A DNA stretch of 64,000 nucleotides from Eledone cirrhosa. Taxonomy: Eukaryota. The position numbers and the translations under genes were made by a program. This document shows, one piece after another, positions 27,061-40,649 of the stretch. Below the pieces are notes generated by a model. The model did not search any database and was not told the DNA's origin. It was given only the letters and a program-made list of their open reading frames with translations. The stretch spans positions 154,380,001 through 154,444,000 of the forward strand of contig OZ024740.1 in NCBI GenBank assembly GCA_964016885.1, read 5' to 3'. Positions within the stretch are counted from its first letter, which is position 1. Every line of letters starts with the position of its first letter.

Positions 27061-27324
27061 TAGTAATAATAATAAATTTGACTAAAATCCAAAGAGGGCT
27101 CGATAAGGATAATTACATATCAAATATATAAGAACCGTAGAGCAAATATTTATTAAAATAACAGATTAAAGTTTAAGCAAAAAATCGCTGCTATCACCCT
27201 TAACGGGATCTTCTGAAACTAACAAAATCAATCTGACTGACAGATTGACTTTGTTAGTTTCAGAAGATCCCGTTAAGGGTGAAAGCAGCGATTCTTTGCT
27301 TAAACTTTAATCTGTTATTTTAAT

Positions 27325-27328
<4 letters not shown>
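27061..27328. mobile_element. Fold-back of family Y pLTR with two HHR copies
   Basis: Inverted about 27238; matches 21301-21480. Confidence 0.85.
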
Positions 27329-27392
<64 letters not shown>

Positions 27393-27434
27393 CGAAACAT
27401 AAGTCAATTGCATGAACTCGTAATCCCTTATTTT

Positions 27435-27488
27435 CTACTATATATATTTCGATGATAACCATTGAATGGCTATGACCTCATCAGGCAG
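27435..27488 (-). ncRNA. Hammerhead ribozyme in a TA-flanked insert (27389-27740)
   Basis: CTGC-CTGATGA-GGT c ATAGCCA ttcaa TGGTTAT c ATC-GAAA-TATATA-TA-GTAG. Confidence 0.85.
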
Positions 27489-27802
27489 TTAGTCAATTCT
27501 TAGATATGCCAGCTCCGTGTTTTTGGTGTTGATGGTTTCAGAGCCTTGGGACATATGAGTTTGTTATAATTTAATGTTGTCAGCAGGAATAATCTTAATT
27601 CTCATTGGTCAGTTTGTAGATGCTAATAGAGTTGGTATTTGACCTCAGAGAGGCAGGTGGTATTGTAAAGTTCAAACCGTCAGGCAAGATGACAATAGTT
27701 TCATATGACTGATTTTCACAAAAAGCATTACTGGTCAAAACAATTGTTCTCGGTATGGTGAACTAACTCTTGTGTAACCACTTCTACCTTCCAGTGTTCT
27801 AC

Positions 27803-27912
<110 letters not shown>

Positions 27913-28013
27913 TTAGTGGTAGAACACTGGAAGGTAATATCCGTAGTGGTAGAGCACTCAGTCCATGGGACGAGTTAGGTAGAAGTGGTTACACAACAGT
28001 TAGTTCACCATAC

Positions 28014-28051
28014 CGAGAATAATTGTTTCACCTTAGCGGATCCTCAGCTCG
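28014..28051 (-). ncRNA. Minimal hammerhead ribozyme (family Z)
   Basis: CGAG-CTGAGGA-tCC gctaa GGt-GAAA-CAATTA-TT-CTCG. Confidence 0.75.
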
Positions 28052-28059
28052 TAATGGAC

Positions 28060-29898
28060 ATGGTTATACGGAACAGCCGAATACTGGTGGTTCAGGAAAC
28101 TTTCCTTAAATCATCCCTCCACCATACCCACATAGGATTTGACCTCCTGTGGTTGATTTGGTCGGTTGGAAGTGACCACAGCTTCATAAATTACACCGGG
28201 TGTGTTGCATTGCTGTTGAAGGGGACAACCTTTGGGCTTACGGCAAGAGCACCCTGGTGGGGTGTTGCTCTTAGGGCTGTTTGTGATGTGGATCTTCATG
28301 TCCTTAGCGCAGGAGTATCCTAGTTTTACTGTGTCGATTAAAGATGGAGCGGTATTTATGACCTATGGAAAAGTGTCTATCTAAGAGGGCTAGAAATTGT
28401 TTGCCTACATTGATTTTAACATTGAGTGAGAAGGGAGGAGAGAGCCAGATAGTTTGTCTATTGTTACGCTTTCTTTTCTGTTGATAGTGGGAGAGTAAGT
28501 GATAGGTTGCGAGAAGCCGCTGTTAGGTAACGCCGTGTTATAGTAGGGTGCCGCCCTGTCAAAGGTAGCCTTATTAGAGGAGAGGTTTGAGATTCTAGTA
28601 CTGATATTATTTACGAAGTTTCTAAAAACAGTGGGAGGGTGGCATGAGTCCTTGTGAATGTAATTGAGTTTATCGTTTAGCTTATGGAAGGGTCTGTAGG
28701 TGTGTGTGCGAAGGTCTAAATTAATGTCTAAGAAATCCACGCTAGAGAGGTTGGTAGTTACTGTTATCCTAAGTCCTATCTCATTGAATGTAGAAGCTAA
28801 GTCTTTTTTAAACCGGTCGAGATCGTGACCACTTTTATGGCTCGATAAGATCAGCCCATCGTCACGGTATATTCCCGTGTGGAAGTCCGGGAATCTAACA
28901 CGTAATATGTCTAAGATAAAAAGGCCCACCAAGTCGCATACGTCAGCACTGTCAAACGATCCCATGGAGACGTCGAATAGGTCTGAAGTTGTTGACTTCT
29001 TTGCCCAGGCTACTCCGTCGTTGAAGAGGAGGGTTTTCCGGCAGTGAGTGATGATTTCCCTGTCTAAACCATGGACGGTAGTGTAAGTGGTAGCGAAGTC
29101 CAAGGCTTTGTTTAACAGGGTCTCTGAGATCGACGGGTAAAAATCAACAATGTCAAACTGTGTGAACTTCGCTTTTTTGGATATTAAGGAGTTAAACCAC
29201 TTAATTACGGAGTCGCTGTTCTCCCACTGGGGCAGGTTGGACTTGGTCCTAATGGTGTTAACTATGTTTCTAAGTATGGCCTTACTGACTAGTCCCATAT
29301 CTGTGCCTGCCGGGTTTATTAGTCTACATGTGGAGTTAGAAGTAAAGTCTACCTTGTGATCTTTCAGGGTGAGGAACGCCTCCCGCGTAGCTAGAGATTG
29401 TAGTTTCTTATCTACCTTAAGGGCGGCAGCAAGTTCTTTGGCTTCTGTATTAATATCGTGGTAGGCCATAGGGTTAGCTTTCTTATATTTGGAAGTAATA
29501 GCGTTATGGGCCAGGTGGCGGAAAGTGGTGTTGTCGACTTCGTAAATATTATTAGTTTTGTCGGAAAGAACGAAAGTGTTATTAGAGGACCTAAATTTCT
29601 TAATATCATTTATAAGTTTAGTTTGAAAGGTGTTAGGGTGTTTGCGAAAGGAAATGTTAGCGACTAAGTCAAGATGGTCCGCCTCGAAAGGAGCAAGTTC
29701 AGTTACCTTAGGAGGATAGGCTCTCGATTTCAGGTTGAAGGTGTTATTGGTGCCTGCAATTTTGCCGTCAAAAGCTAGGGCTCGCCATCTTCAGCGTCTG
29801 ACGACATCTTCCGATTTTTGTAGGAGAAGCTTTTGGTAAACATGGTTGGAGGGAGTGGGAATGTTCTTCAGGGAGTAATCCAGTTCGTATAAATCCAT
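28060..29898 (-). pseudogene. PLE RT plus partial GIY-YIG ORF with stops and frameshifts
   Basis: ORF pieces 29412-29609, 28405-29469 and 28111-28299. Confidence 0.9.
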
Positions 29899-30107
29899 AC
29901 TGACGTTGATGAGACACAAAATTGTGTAGGGCACGAGGATATAGAAAGCGCTCTCAGGGTAGTAAGCCAAACTCGCACGTGGTGAAGAATCTGCTAAAAG
30001 CCAAACTTCTACGAAGTGAAGAGAATCTGCTGACCGTTGCTAGAGACGTATATAGTGGTAGAACACTGGAAAATAATATCCGTAGTGGTAGAGCAGTCAG
30101 TCCATTA

Positions 30108-30145
30108 CGAGCTGAGGATCTGCTAAGGTGAAACAATTGTTCTCG
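30108..30145 (+). ncRNA. Minimal hammerhead ribozyme (family Z inverted copy)
   Basis: CGAG-CTGAGGA-tctgctaaggt-GAAA-CAATTG-TT-CTCG. Confidence 0.75.
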
Positions 30146-30173
30146 GTATGGTGAACTAACTGTTGTGTAACCA

Positions 30174-30289
<116 letters not shown>

Positions 30290-30501
30290 AAAGTAAAAAG
30301 AAAGGAAAATTACAGATTTCATTCATATAGGATGACGTTGAGAAGAAAACAAAATAAAAATAAAAATGTTTTGGGAGCTATTTATAAGGTTATTTTAATA
30401 TATAAAAGTGAATATTATGTTCCAAGATGTAGGCTATATTTCTGCTTCTAGGTGGCTGAAATTTTGCATAAGAGCATATATTTTTAAGAAGGCCATAGGC
30501 T

Positions 30502-30776
30502 ACAGCACTCATGAGCAGCCTGCGGTCCGTGAAGCTTTCTGAATGGCTCGCTTAAATCACCTAAGTGGAATCATTCTGATTTTTTTAGCCCAACTTTTCA
30601 GTCGTAATTTATCTTTCTATCTTTTTACGATCGAGGAAAACAACGTGTACGAATTCTGACGAAACAAATCAAAAAATATCAAAACAACCCTTTTTTTATG
30701 TGGGCACGAATGTAAATTACTGCTTACGGCCCGCCTGATGATGAGCCCGCTTCTCTAAAAAGGTTGCCCATGCCTG
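30502..30776. mobile_element. Degenerate hAT (Charlie-like) MITE
   Basis: 3' end AAAAGGTTGCCCATGCCTG, subterminal CGGCCCG, and degenerate 5' CATGAGCAGCCTGCGGTCC. Confidence 0.55.
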
Positions 30777-31769
30777 TGCTACAGCTTAGCCACATAGTGT
30801 TGTGGTTTGGCAGAATCAATAGAGCGCCGTGCAAAATACAAATAAGCTTTGAATTGTAATCCTAAAAAGGATAATATTTGATTTTGATGAAATAAGAACG
30901 AAACTCAAGTGCTGATTTCAATATAATCGTCTCTAGACTTATCCGTAAAGTGTATGTATGGCTTTGTGCCTGTTAATGGAGGATGTTTGGCAGAACTATT
31001 TGAGCGAGAGACAATATGTGTTCAGATATTTAGTTACATACATTTAAATTCCGGCGTGTATTATACTAATATCCATTTTATCGAGAGGCTGGAAAACAAT
31101 AGTGACTTTAAATAGTTTCACAATGATCAGTTTAGACTAAGACACGCAGTTGCTGATGAGAAAATAATAACTTTGAAACCATAGTCAAACAGATCCCTCT
31201 TTGTTCTGTTCACAGTGAAATGTTATAAACAAACAGCCATTTATGACTGTTTTACCTTTTTGATACTAAACTGCCTGAAACCACCCCTGGCTCTATGATA
31301 CAAAACTGTTATGCTTTTCTAAAAAACAACTACCATTATATTTATATGTAAGAACCTTTGTTAAGATATGTTCCTAGCAAAAGATTATTTTTTTAAATGG
31401 TTATTATTTAACTAAATCCCGCCAAATTCTAGATAATGTTTACTAGAAATATAGTAATGAACGGATTAATGAGTTTACACCTGCACTGACGGCTAGAATC
31501 TATTGGTTTGTCGTTCATATTATAGCTGCAAAAGCAAACACTGCTAATGTGTAATATATTTAAATATTCATTTTTTTCTTCGTAAACCAAATATATGACT
31601 TTCAATCACTCAATAATCTCCTTAATTTTCTATTTAAGTGAAGTGTTGAGATGGCCATGTTGGTGGAAGAAACGGTGTGTTTGAAGTTTATGAATGAAAT
31701 TGGGGAAGGAGACTTTCAATTAGAATTTATAAACATACACGGACGAACAAATACACACATACGTACACA

Positions 31770-31847
<78 letters not shown>

Positions 31848-31891
31848 GTCTTTAAGTATTATGTAGCTGTGGGTGTATACATATATATATA

Positions 31892-32610
31892 TACGAGGGA
31901 GGGCTGAAAAGTTCATAAGCTGACTATGAAGGAGTAATGTTAGAGCTGTGAAATATTGCATGCATTAAGTTCTTATAAATAACTGTTTTGTTTCTTTGCA
32001 GGTAAACTGACATCTGACTATTCAAAGAAAACTTCAAAAGTATCTAGTAGCGACTTCTCTTGAAAATGGCCAAATTTGGCATCGTAGTGTTATCAAATAC
32101 CTGCAGTAAAAGGGTTTAGACCCCTAGGACATTCATGATGACCTGGTTGCTACATTAGGGGATGATGCTCCAGATTTATTAACAGTACAAGGGGTTAGCT
32201 GAATTTAGGAGGGAAAGGGAGAGTCTTGAAGATGACCCAAGGTCTGGACGTCCTGCAACTGCCACCACCGAGGAAAACATTGACAGTGTTTACCACATGA
32301 TGATGGATGACAGGTAATTGACAATAAATCAAATAGCCAATGCTTTGAGAGAGTTGAGGATACTCTGCACAGTGAACTTGGCTTGACAAAGGTTTCTACT
32401 CGGTGGGTGCCACGTCATCTGACACCTGATCAAAAATGCACTAGCCTGATCACATCACGGGAAAATCTGACATTGTTTGAGGCAGATCCAGCTGGTTTCC
32501 TTGAACGTTTCCTAGCCCAGGAGAAGATGTGAGTTCATCACTTTAATCCAAAGGCAAAGAGACAATCTATGCAGTGGAAACACTCCTCCTCAACTGCTTC
32601 AAGAAAAGTT
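31892..32610 (+). mobile_element. mariner transposon 5' part with transposase pseudogene (about 32065-32610)
   Basis: TA-CGAGGG..GAAAAGTTC TIR; SLEDDPRSGRP and RWVPRHLT motifs; stops; interrupted by (TG)n. Confidence 0.85.
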
Positions 32611-32628
32611 CTGACTTTTATATGTATA

Positions 32629-32726
<98 letters not shown>

Positions 32727-32850
32727 GGAAGAATTTTTCTTTCAAAAATGTGCTCAGATTTGATTTTCTTTATTACGGGTTACCTTATTTCTTTATTATT
32801 ACTTTATATTTGGTTTTAATTAATAGAGTTTCTAGATTTATCACAGACAT

Positions 32851-32892
32851 CTATTAACGTTTCGAGACTTTCTAGTCCCATCTTCAGAAGAA
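32851..32892 (-). ncRNA. Minimal hammerhead motif in a PLE-type 3' end
   Basis: TT-CTGAAGA-tGGGAC tagaaa GTCTC-GAAA-CG-TT-AA; stem I is short. Confidence 0.65.
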
Positions 32893-33764
32893 GAATCGTA
32901 ATAACAGAGTCGTATATATATATATATTTCTCCCCTTCTCACTTCCTCGGATTCCTTCTTTCTCACATCCCATTCACAGCGAAAGGTCTGCTAAGCGCTC
33001 ATGAATTCACCCAGCTTACGCTGATCGAATAACCATGTTGCTTGTGTTTCTTCCCATCTTCGGTTATCTTTTCCTTCTATGTTGTTTACTTGTCTCACTC
33101 GCTTTACGCGTTTCACTTGTCCCAATAGCTGATTTTAGTTATTGCTCGCACCAACCTGAGGTATATGATTTTTAATGCGATGAAATACCATAGATCGTTG
33201 GCAAATCACTGATGAGGGACTAATTTTATAATATGTAATCCATGTGCAACCATGCAGTATTCTTCTCCCCATATTTTTCATATATATATATATATACACA
33301 TAGAGAGAAAGAGAGGGGAGGTCAGATAGAAAGAGATAGAAAGATTTCTCATGTTTTCGAAACGGTAAAATTCCCTTCTCTCTACGGTACTTGAAATTAT
33401 TATGCTTAAGTAATTTATACACACGTACATACGCAAATACACACACATATATACAGACAAACACCCACGCGCACATACGCACATGGTGAAATACATACAC
33501 AAGCACATACAGACATGTACACATACACACACACACATATATATTAATATATATATATATATACCTACACATACATATATATATATATATATTTATATAC
33601 TTACACGTTTACAAAGACACACACACACACACTCACACATATTTTTTTTTTTGGGGGGGGGGGGGGGATCGATCGACTTTCGTCAAATCGAACCGAGGAA
33701 ACAATGTTTCCGTTGGTCTTTCCAGTTGCTAGTACTATCTATCGGTCACAACTCCTGATAGAAG

Positions 33765-33884
33765 GAGCCACGTGAAATAAAGTGTCTTGCTCAAGGACAT
33801 AACGCATCGCCCGGCCCAGGAATCGAACTCACAACCTCAAGATTGTGAATCCAATTCTCTAACCACTCAGGCACACGCCTTCAC
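33765..33884 (-). mobile_element. tRNA-derived CORE-type SINE head
   Basis: GAGTGGTTAGAG A-box, GAGTTCGATTCC B-box, GTCCTTGAGCAAGACACTTTA CORE-like motif. Confidence 0.75.
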
Positions 33885-33885
33885 G

Positions 33886-34094
<209 letters not shown>

Positions 34095-34776
34095 CTTACA
34101 CATTTACAAAGACATGTATATATATATATATACACACAAAAATAAACACATATGTACATAAATACACACAAAATCAGTTATACACTCACACACTGAATCT
34201 CTACCTAGTCGTTCAAGGGGAAATCATTTTATTTTAGGAAATTTATTAAAATATCTTTTGCTGATATAGCCCATTAGAAGTTTCATCAGTTCTACTGTTT
34301 TTAATGCATTGCATTATTTTGTTTCATCAATAGAAATACCGAGTTCAAATTTCTTTACAAACCATAAATAAATAAATAGATAAATAAATAAATAAATAAA
34401 TAACATTTTTTAAAGTAAATAATAATAATAACTGGAGACTTTTTTTAAATCTGTAAATAAAGAATTATTGTCATACTTTGAAAGTAAAATATATTTCTGG
34501 AATAAAATATATATAAATTTTTTAAATAAACAAATCTTAATTATAGCATTTTTCTCTCCTTTTCAAATTTTTTATGTTTGTATTTTTGAGAAATTTCAAC
34601 ATACACACATTCATGCGTATATACGTGAACAAACCTACATAGATACAGTTCAAACATACATACATAATACATACTCACAGACATACATACATACATACAT
34701 ATATACATACATACATATATACATACTCACATACATACACACAAATATACATACATACATACATACATACATACAT

Positions 34777-35390
34777 GGTGGCTGCCAACTCGTTTTCGAG
34801 TACGGCCACTACTTTATATCCATGTAGGAGAACCCCTACCGATGCGCTGAACGAGTGTGACTCTTTAGTCCAGCCAGCGACTTGAGAACTCTGGTACAAA
34901 CATTACACCTGTGCCAATTATTGACACATAGTGCTGGGCCCATGGTACCATGTGACGACAAGTGCAGAGAGATCTCCAGATATAAAGCAATGCCTGTGCC
35001 GTGAAGCTTTTATAGCGAGCAAAGGCACTGCACAGAGCCAGTCCCACTCTCTTAACCAAGATGATATTTACCAAAAAGAAGGAAAAGTCAACATCATTGG
35101 ATACCATCAGGGTTGCAGGTGTTATATCAGAGTTTTCCTTCTCCTAGAATTCTGCCTTGACAAAGGCTAAGGGGTCATCTCTCCCGGTGATTTTGGATGG
35201 CCATCGACTCTTAAGAGCTCCTTTGCCCTTTGACCTTTGACAGGTTTTGTTTTTAGTCCTGCAGGATGTCCAAAGCCACCCTCCTCACCAAGAAACCTTG
35301 GTGGGGTTGCCAGTTTAGTCGCCAACGACCCGACCATGGGACAGGTTGTACTGGATACATGTTACCAGTAGCACCAACTGGTGACCTGAC
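34777..35390 (-). mobile_element. RTE-related non-coding element (family B), apparently full length, about 615 nt, in (CATA)n
   Basis: Contains the RTE 5'UTR-like motif CTAGGAGAAGGAAAACTCTGA; (TATG)n tail; four near-identical copies; no credible ORF. Confidence 0.75.
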
Positions 35391-35456
35391 CATACATACA
35401 TACATACATACATACATACATACATAGATACATACATACATACATACATACATACA

Positions 35457-35487
<31 letters not shown>

Positions 35488-35845
35488 GCGTATCTACGTA
35501 CTTATATATAATTATTAGACGCTTGCCTATGTAACTAACTTCTTCAGCTACTAATCTTGAGAAGCAGATTTCACAAAATTGAAAGGGACGAGCTATTAAT
35601 GCTACCAGGAAAGTATGTAAAACATTTAGGAAGTTTAACATGTAATAAATATATACATACATGCGTAAGCATGCAAACATATGCATGTTTATACATTCAT
35701 AAGTCAAAACACATATTCTCACAGGCAACGGCGTCTATGCTTGCATACAAACGTGTGCACATATAAACATACACACATTCATACAAAGATGTGTTTACAT
35801 TCGTCCCTCCATACATATATTCATTCATCCATCCATACATACATA

Positions 35846-36258
35846 CAACCGGCCTGATATTGTTGTTTGGGTCCACACATTGAAAACTGCTCTGTTGTAG
35901 AGATCAGCTGCCCACTTAATGTCAACATTATAAGAAAAATACAGTAGGAGGATATTTACGGACTAGTTATGAGGAGTTTTCAGATCCAGTATCCAAGATA
36001 CGCCTTCACCTTCATACCCATTATTATTGGTGCTACGGGTTATAAACCAACCAGCTTGGACCAAAGTATAACCGACCTTAGATTTGTGGACAAAGAGCGC
36101 AGCTCCCTAATTCACAGACTACAAATGGCTGCAATATCTGGCACCTTCAAAATTTGCAAAACATTCGTGCGATTCAAGGGATAATTTCTTTTCTTTTACA
36201 ACCTTACCACCAGTAAGGTGGCCGGTCAAATATGTACTCAAAATTAAGAGAAAGAGAA
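35846..36258 (+). mobile_element. R4/Dong-like LINE 3' fragment (RLE domain)
   Basis: NRPDIVVW, EISCPL, FIPIIIGATG, KICKTF; (CATA)n flanks. Confidence 0.8.
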
Positions 36259-36312
36259 CATACATAAATACATACATACATACATACATACATACATACA
36301 TACATACATACA

Positions 36313-36840
36313 TGGTGGCTGCCAACTCGTTTTCGAGTACGGCCACTACTTTATATCCATGTAGGAGAACCCCTACCGATGCGCTGAACGAGTGTGACTT
36401 TTTAGTCCAGCCAGTGACTTGAAAACTCTGGTACAAACACTACACTTGTGACAATTATTGACACATAGTGCTGGGCCCATGGTACCATGTGATGACAAGT
36501 GCAGAGAGATCTCCAGATATAAAGCAATGCCTGTGCCGTGAAGCTTTTATAGTGAGAAAAGGCACTGCACAAAGCTAGTCCCACTCTCTTAACCAAGATG
36601 ATTTTTACCAAAAAGAAGAACAAGTCAACATCATTGGATACCATCAGAGTTGCAGGTGTTATATCAGAGTTTTCCTTCTCCTAGAATTCTGCCTTAACAA
36701 AGGCTAAGGGGTCATCTCTCCCGGTCATTTTGGATGGCCATTGACTCTTAAGAGCTCCTTTGCCCTTTGACAAGTTTTGTTTTTAGTCCTGCAGGATGTC
36801 CAAAGTCACCCTCCTCACCAAGAAACCTTGGTGGGGTTGC
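36313..36840 (-). mobile_element. Family B copy, slightly 5'-truncated
   Basis: Near identical to 34777-35310. Confidence 0.85.
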
Positions 36841-36856
36841 ATACATACATACATAC

Positions 36857-37470
36857 ATGGTGGCTGCCAACTCGCTTTCGAGTACGGCCACTACTTTATA
36901 TCCATGTAGGAGAACCCCTACCGATGCGCTGAACGAGTGTGACTTTTTAATCCAGCCAGCGACTTGAAAACTCTGGTACAAACGCTACACTTGTCACAAT
37001 TATTGACACATAGTGCTGAGCCCATGGTACCATGTGACGACAAGTGCAGAGAGATCTCCAGATATAAAGCAATGCCTGTGCCGTGAAGCTTTTATAGTGA
37101 GCAAAGGCACTGCACAAAGCCAGTCCCACTCTCTTAACCAAGATGATATTTACCAAAAAGAAGAACAAGTCAACATCATTGGATACCATCAGGGTTGCAG
37201 GTGTTATATCAGAGTTATCCTTCTCCTAGAATTCTGCCTTGACAAAGTATATGTCAGGTCACCAGTTGGTGCTACTGGTAACATGTATCCCAGTACAACC
37301 TGTCTCATGGTCGGGTCGTTGGCGACTAAACTGGCAGCCCCATCAAGGTTTCTTGGTGAGGAGGGTGACTTTGGACATCCTGCAGGACTAAAAACAAAAC
37401 CTGTCAAAGGGCAAAGGAGCTCTTAAGAGTCAATGGCCATCCAAAATGACCGCGAGAGATGACCCCTTAA
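36857..37470 (-). mobile_element. Family B copy with inverted 5' third (37253-37470)
   Basis: 36857-37247 is colinear; 37253-37470 is the reverse complement of 35167-35390. Confidence 0.85.
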
Positions 37471-37537
37471 CATACATACATACATACATACATACATACA
37501 TACATACATACATACATACATACATACATACATACAT

Positions 37538-38092
37538 AGTACAGATACTAAGCATATACACATGCACACATACAACTCAAAACATACACATCCACACATA
37601 CAATAACATCCATATCTACACATGCATGCATGCAGACATGCATACATATCTTCTTAGTTGATGTTGTCTAAATTCCAATGAGAGAGTCTTGTGTCTATGT
37701 TAGAAATCGACTCTCTCTCTATTGGCAAACATTTGTGAAATTATAAAACCAGAATAACATAGATAAATACATACATACTTGTAATCTGAAAATTACAAGT
37801 TCAATCCACTAATGGAACAGTAAAAATATGTAAAACATCCCAAAAGCTCTGCATCTAATAACTCCATGTATACATGTTCAGATACAAAGCATATACACAT
37901 GCACACATATAACTCAAAACATCCACATCCACACATACAATGACATCCATACCTGCACACACATGCATGCATGCAGACGTATCTACCTAGTTGTTGTTGT
38001 GTAAATTCCAATGAGAGAGTCTTGTATCTATGTTAGAAACCGACTCTCTCTCTATTGGTAAAGATTTGTGAAATTATAAAACCAGAACATAC
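37538..38092 (+). mobile_element. Two tandem R4/Dong 3' end fragments
   Basis: Reverse complement of 17630-17920; each ends ATAAAACCAGAA followed by (CATA)n. Confidence 0.8.
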
Positions 38093-38339
38093 ATACATTC
38101 AAACACGCATACATACATACATACATACATACATACATACATACATACATACATACATACATACATACATACATACATACATACATACATACATACATAA
38201 ATGGATGATATATTTGACAAATGTTATGTTTCTGAGTTAGTAAATATCTTGACAAATAACAATAATTTACTCGTGCCCGATGAAATAGATCCTGATGATT
38301 TCGTAAATTCGCAACTTTCACAGTGTTATTGACACTCCG

Positions 38340-40080
38340 TTTTATTATACTCCATTTTGTGAGATCTCATGCACAATAAAATGTAAATTTTAACATAAGA
38401 TCTTTCTCAAAATAATTTGATGAATTAAAAGTACTGTTGTCGGCTTTCTCTTTTAGATCTGTTATTTGCCTTCAGGAAACTTGGGCAAAAGACGAAAAAG
38501 AAAAAAAAATAGATTCAAAATATGAATTTGGTGTTTATCGATGTTTTCATGTACCACGAGAATACAATGTGAGAGGTGGGGGTTTCTGAATGTATTTAAT
38601 GCAAGATTTGAACGGTTATGAAAAGGAAGAACTACAAGTTAGTAATGAAGATCTTGAAGCACAATTTATTAAAGTAATAATACCCAAAAATAAAAATGTT
38701 ACTTGGAAGCATATATCGACCACCAAAAGGGAAAATGAAAGCTTTTAACCAAAGTTCATCACTGCTATTAGGCAGAAGCCTATATTCACTACATGTTTTT
38801 AATACTTCATTTGCATCTGGAGAAATTCCGGATAAAATGAAAATAGCAAACGTCATGTAGCTTTTTAAATCAGGAGCAATGACAGAGTTTGTCATTACAG
38901 ACCACTCTTACCAATCTACTCCAAATTGTTGAAGGGACTCGTGCACTCTTCGCTTTACGACTTCTTTGCGAATAATAATCTCTTTTATTCTAAGCAGCTT
39001 GGTTTTCGAAATAATTCCTGTGTAAAATATGGATTGATAGAACTCATTAATGACATCACGACAGCTCAGTAAAGCTCTGTTCAGTAAAGCTTTCAAAACT
39101 GTTGATCATAGAATACTTATTTTTTTTTTTTTTATTTAATTATGTACCAGTTTGTGTAAATTAATGACACTAAATCCGAGTAAAAATCAATATCTTGTGG
39201 TGTTCCTCAAGGTTCAATACTAGTTCCCCTCCTATTTCTTATATATGCCAATTATATTCACCATGCAGTTCCACTTCTGTTATTATGTTTGCCGATGGTA
39301 CGAATATTTTCTTAGGTAGTAAAGACTATTGTTCATTATTCAAAGAAATGGACAACCAATTATCACTCATAAATGACATATTCAGCAAATAATCTTTCTC
39401 TGAATGTAGATAAAACTAAGTACATTCTTCTCTGTTCATCGGCTAATGAAGAAGATCTACCTTTAGAGCCCTCAAAACTTCATTTGGGCTAAAAAAAAAA
39501 GTCAAACGGTCCGACTATACAAAGTTTCTGGGATTCCTTGTTGACAAAAATTTTAATTGGAAATTGCACATTCAAGTTATAGAATTGAAACTATTGACAC
39601 GAATTAGAATAATCTGAATGGGGACGTAAGGTTTGGGACAACAAAGCAATGCAAATGTTATACTTTTCTTTTGTTAATCCATATTTAATATACAGTAACC
39701 TAGCTTGGGTTAGTGTCAAGAAGACAAAATTAAGTAAACTTCATATTTACAAAAATTATGCAGTCAGAATTATATCAAAGGCTCCCCGAGGCTCCCACTC
39801 CCGGCCTTTAAAGCTTGATAATAAAATACTAAATATTTATTCAATAATTTTGGCTGCTCATTTCAGTTCAAAGTTTATCATAAGTCTACACCAAAATGTC
39901 TTCAAGACAAATTTATAAAGAATATTCACAAATACTCGATGAAGTATGCTAGGGCAACATTCAAACGTAATAGTTATGCCACAACAAAATTTAATAAACT
40001 TAGCTACACCTTGTCTGGAATAATTTCGTGTGCAAGGATGCAACTCTTCAGCCTCAAAAGATGTAAAAATATATATTAAA
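38340..40080 (+). pseudogene. Decayed CR1-group LINE ORF2 (APE plus RT), internally deleted
   Basis: NIRS, VICLQETW, GSIYRPP, IPDKMKIANV, KAFKTVDHRIL, CGVPQGSIL, MFADGT, KFLG..D..NWKLHI motifs across frames. Confidence 0.8.
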
Positions 40081-40649
40081 AAGATGCTGTTGAGTACTTG
40101 TTTGTAGTAAAAGCCTACCATTTTTAGTAACATTAAAAATATATTTCAAAATTTGTAAATAAAATAAAAATGACTTTTCAAAAAGTACTTCTTTTACAGT
40201 CCATCGTGAAAAGAATGATTTTTTTTTTTTTGCTATAATCCTCCTCGATGGCCTCACTAGCCTGATTAGCGCATTTTCAATAAGGAACAAATTTATTCTA
40301 TTCCCAAGACCTTTTTATTCTCATCTTTGTAATTAGACATACATACTCACACTACTATTTTTGTTGTCTAAACTCTAATGAAGGAACATTGTTCTTGGTT
40401 TCAGGACCAGTCTTTCTTCAATTGGTGAGAAATATAAACAATATAGCTAGAAAAATCATGCATTTATTCAGCTGCCCATCCGTCCATATGTGCACACTAA
40501 CTCCACCCATACTTTCTTGTTGACAAACTGAATCTGTATTAACTCCAAAACCTTAACATTAACTTCAAAACCTTACAGTAACTTGAATACAATTTATTGA
40601 ATACATAAATGCAGTGTGATGATAAAACAATAAAATATTGCTTCCAGTT

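Noticed and set aside
28090-29800. In-frame TGA codons in a Naiad-like ORF as possible selenocysteine (some Naiads encode selenoproteins)
   Set aside because: The TGAs (RR*RWR, VEG*FK) are not at cysteine positions. The conserved Cys motifs here and in the 22.4-22.9 kb and 62.4-62.9 kb copies use normal Cys codons, and I recognised no SECIS.
34865-37426. Repeated 66-137 aa ORFs in family B (and the 66-aa ORFs in family C)
   Set aside because: They recur only because the DNA copies are recent, show no recognisable domain, and are not preserved in diverged copies.
37675-37730. SECIS-like hairpin in the Dong 3' UTR
   Set aside because: The hairpin is real but lacks the 3' GA of the non-canonical quartet.
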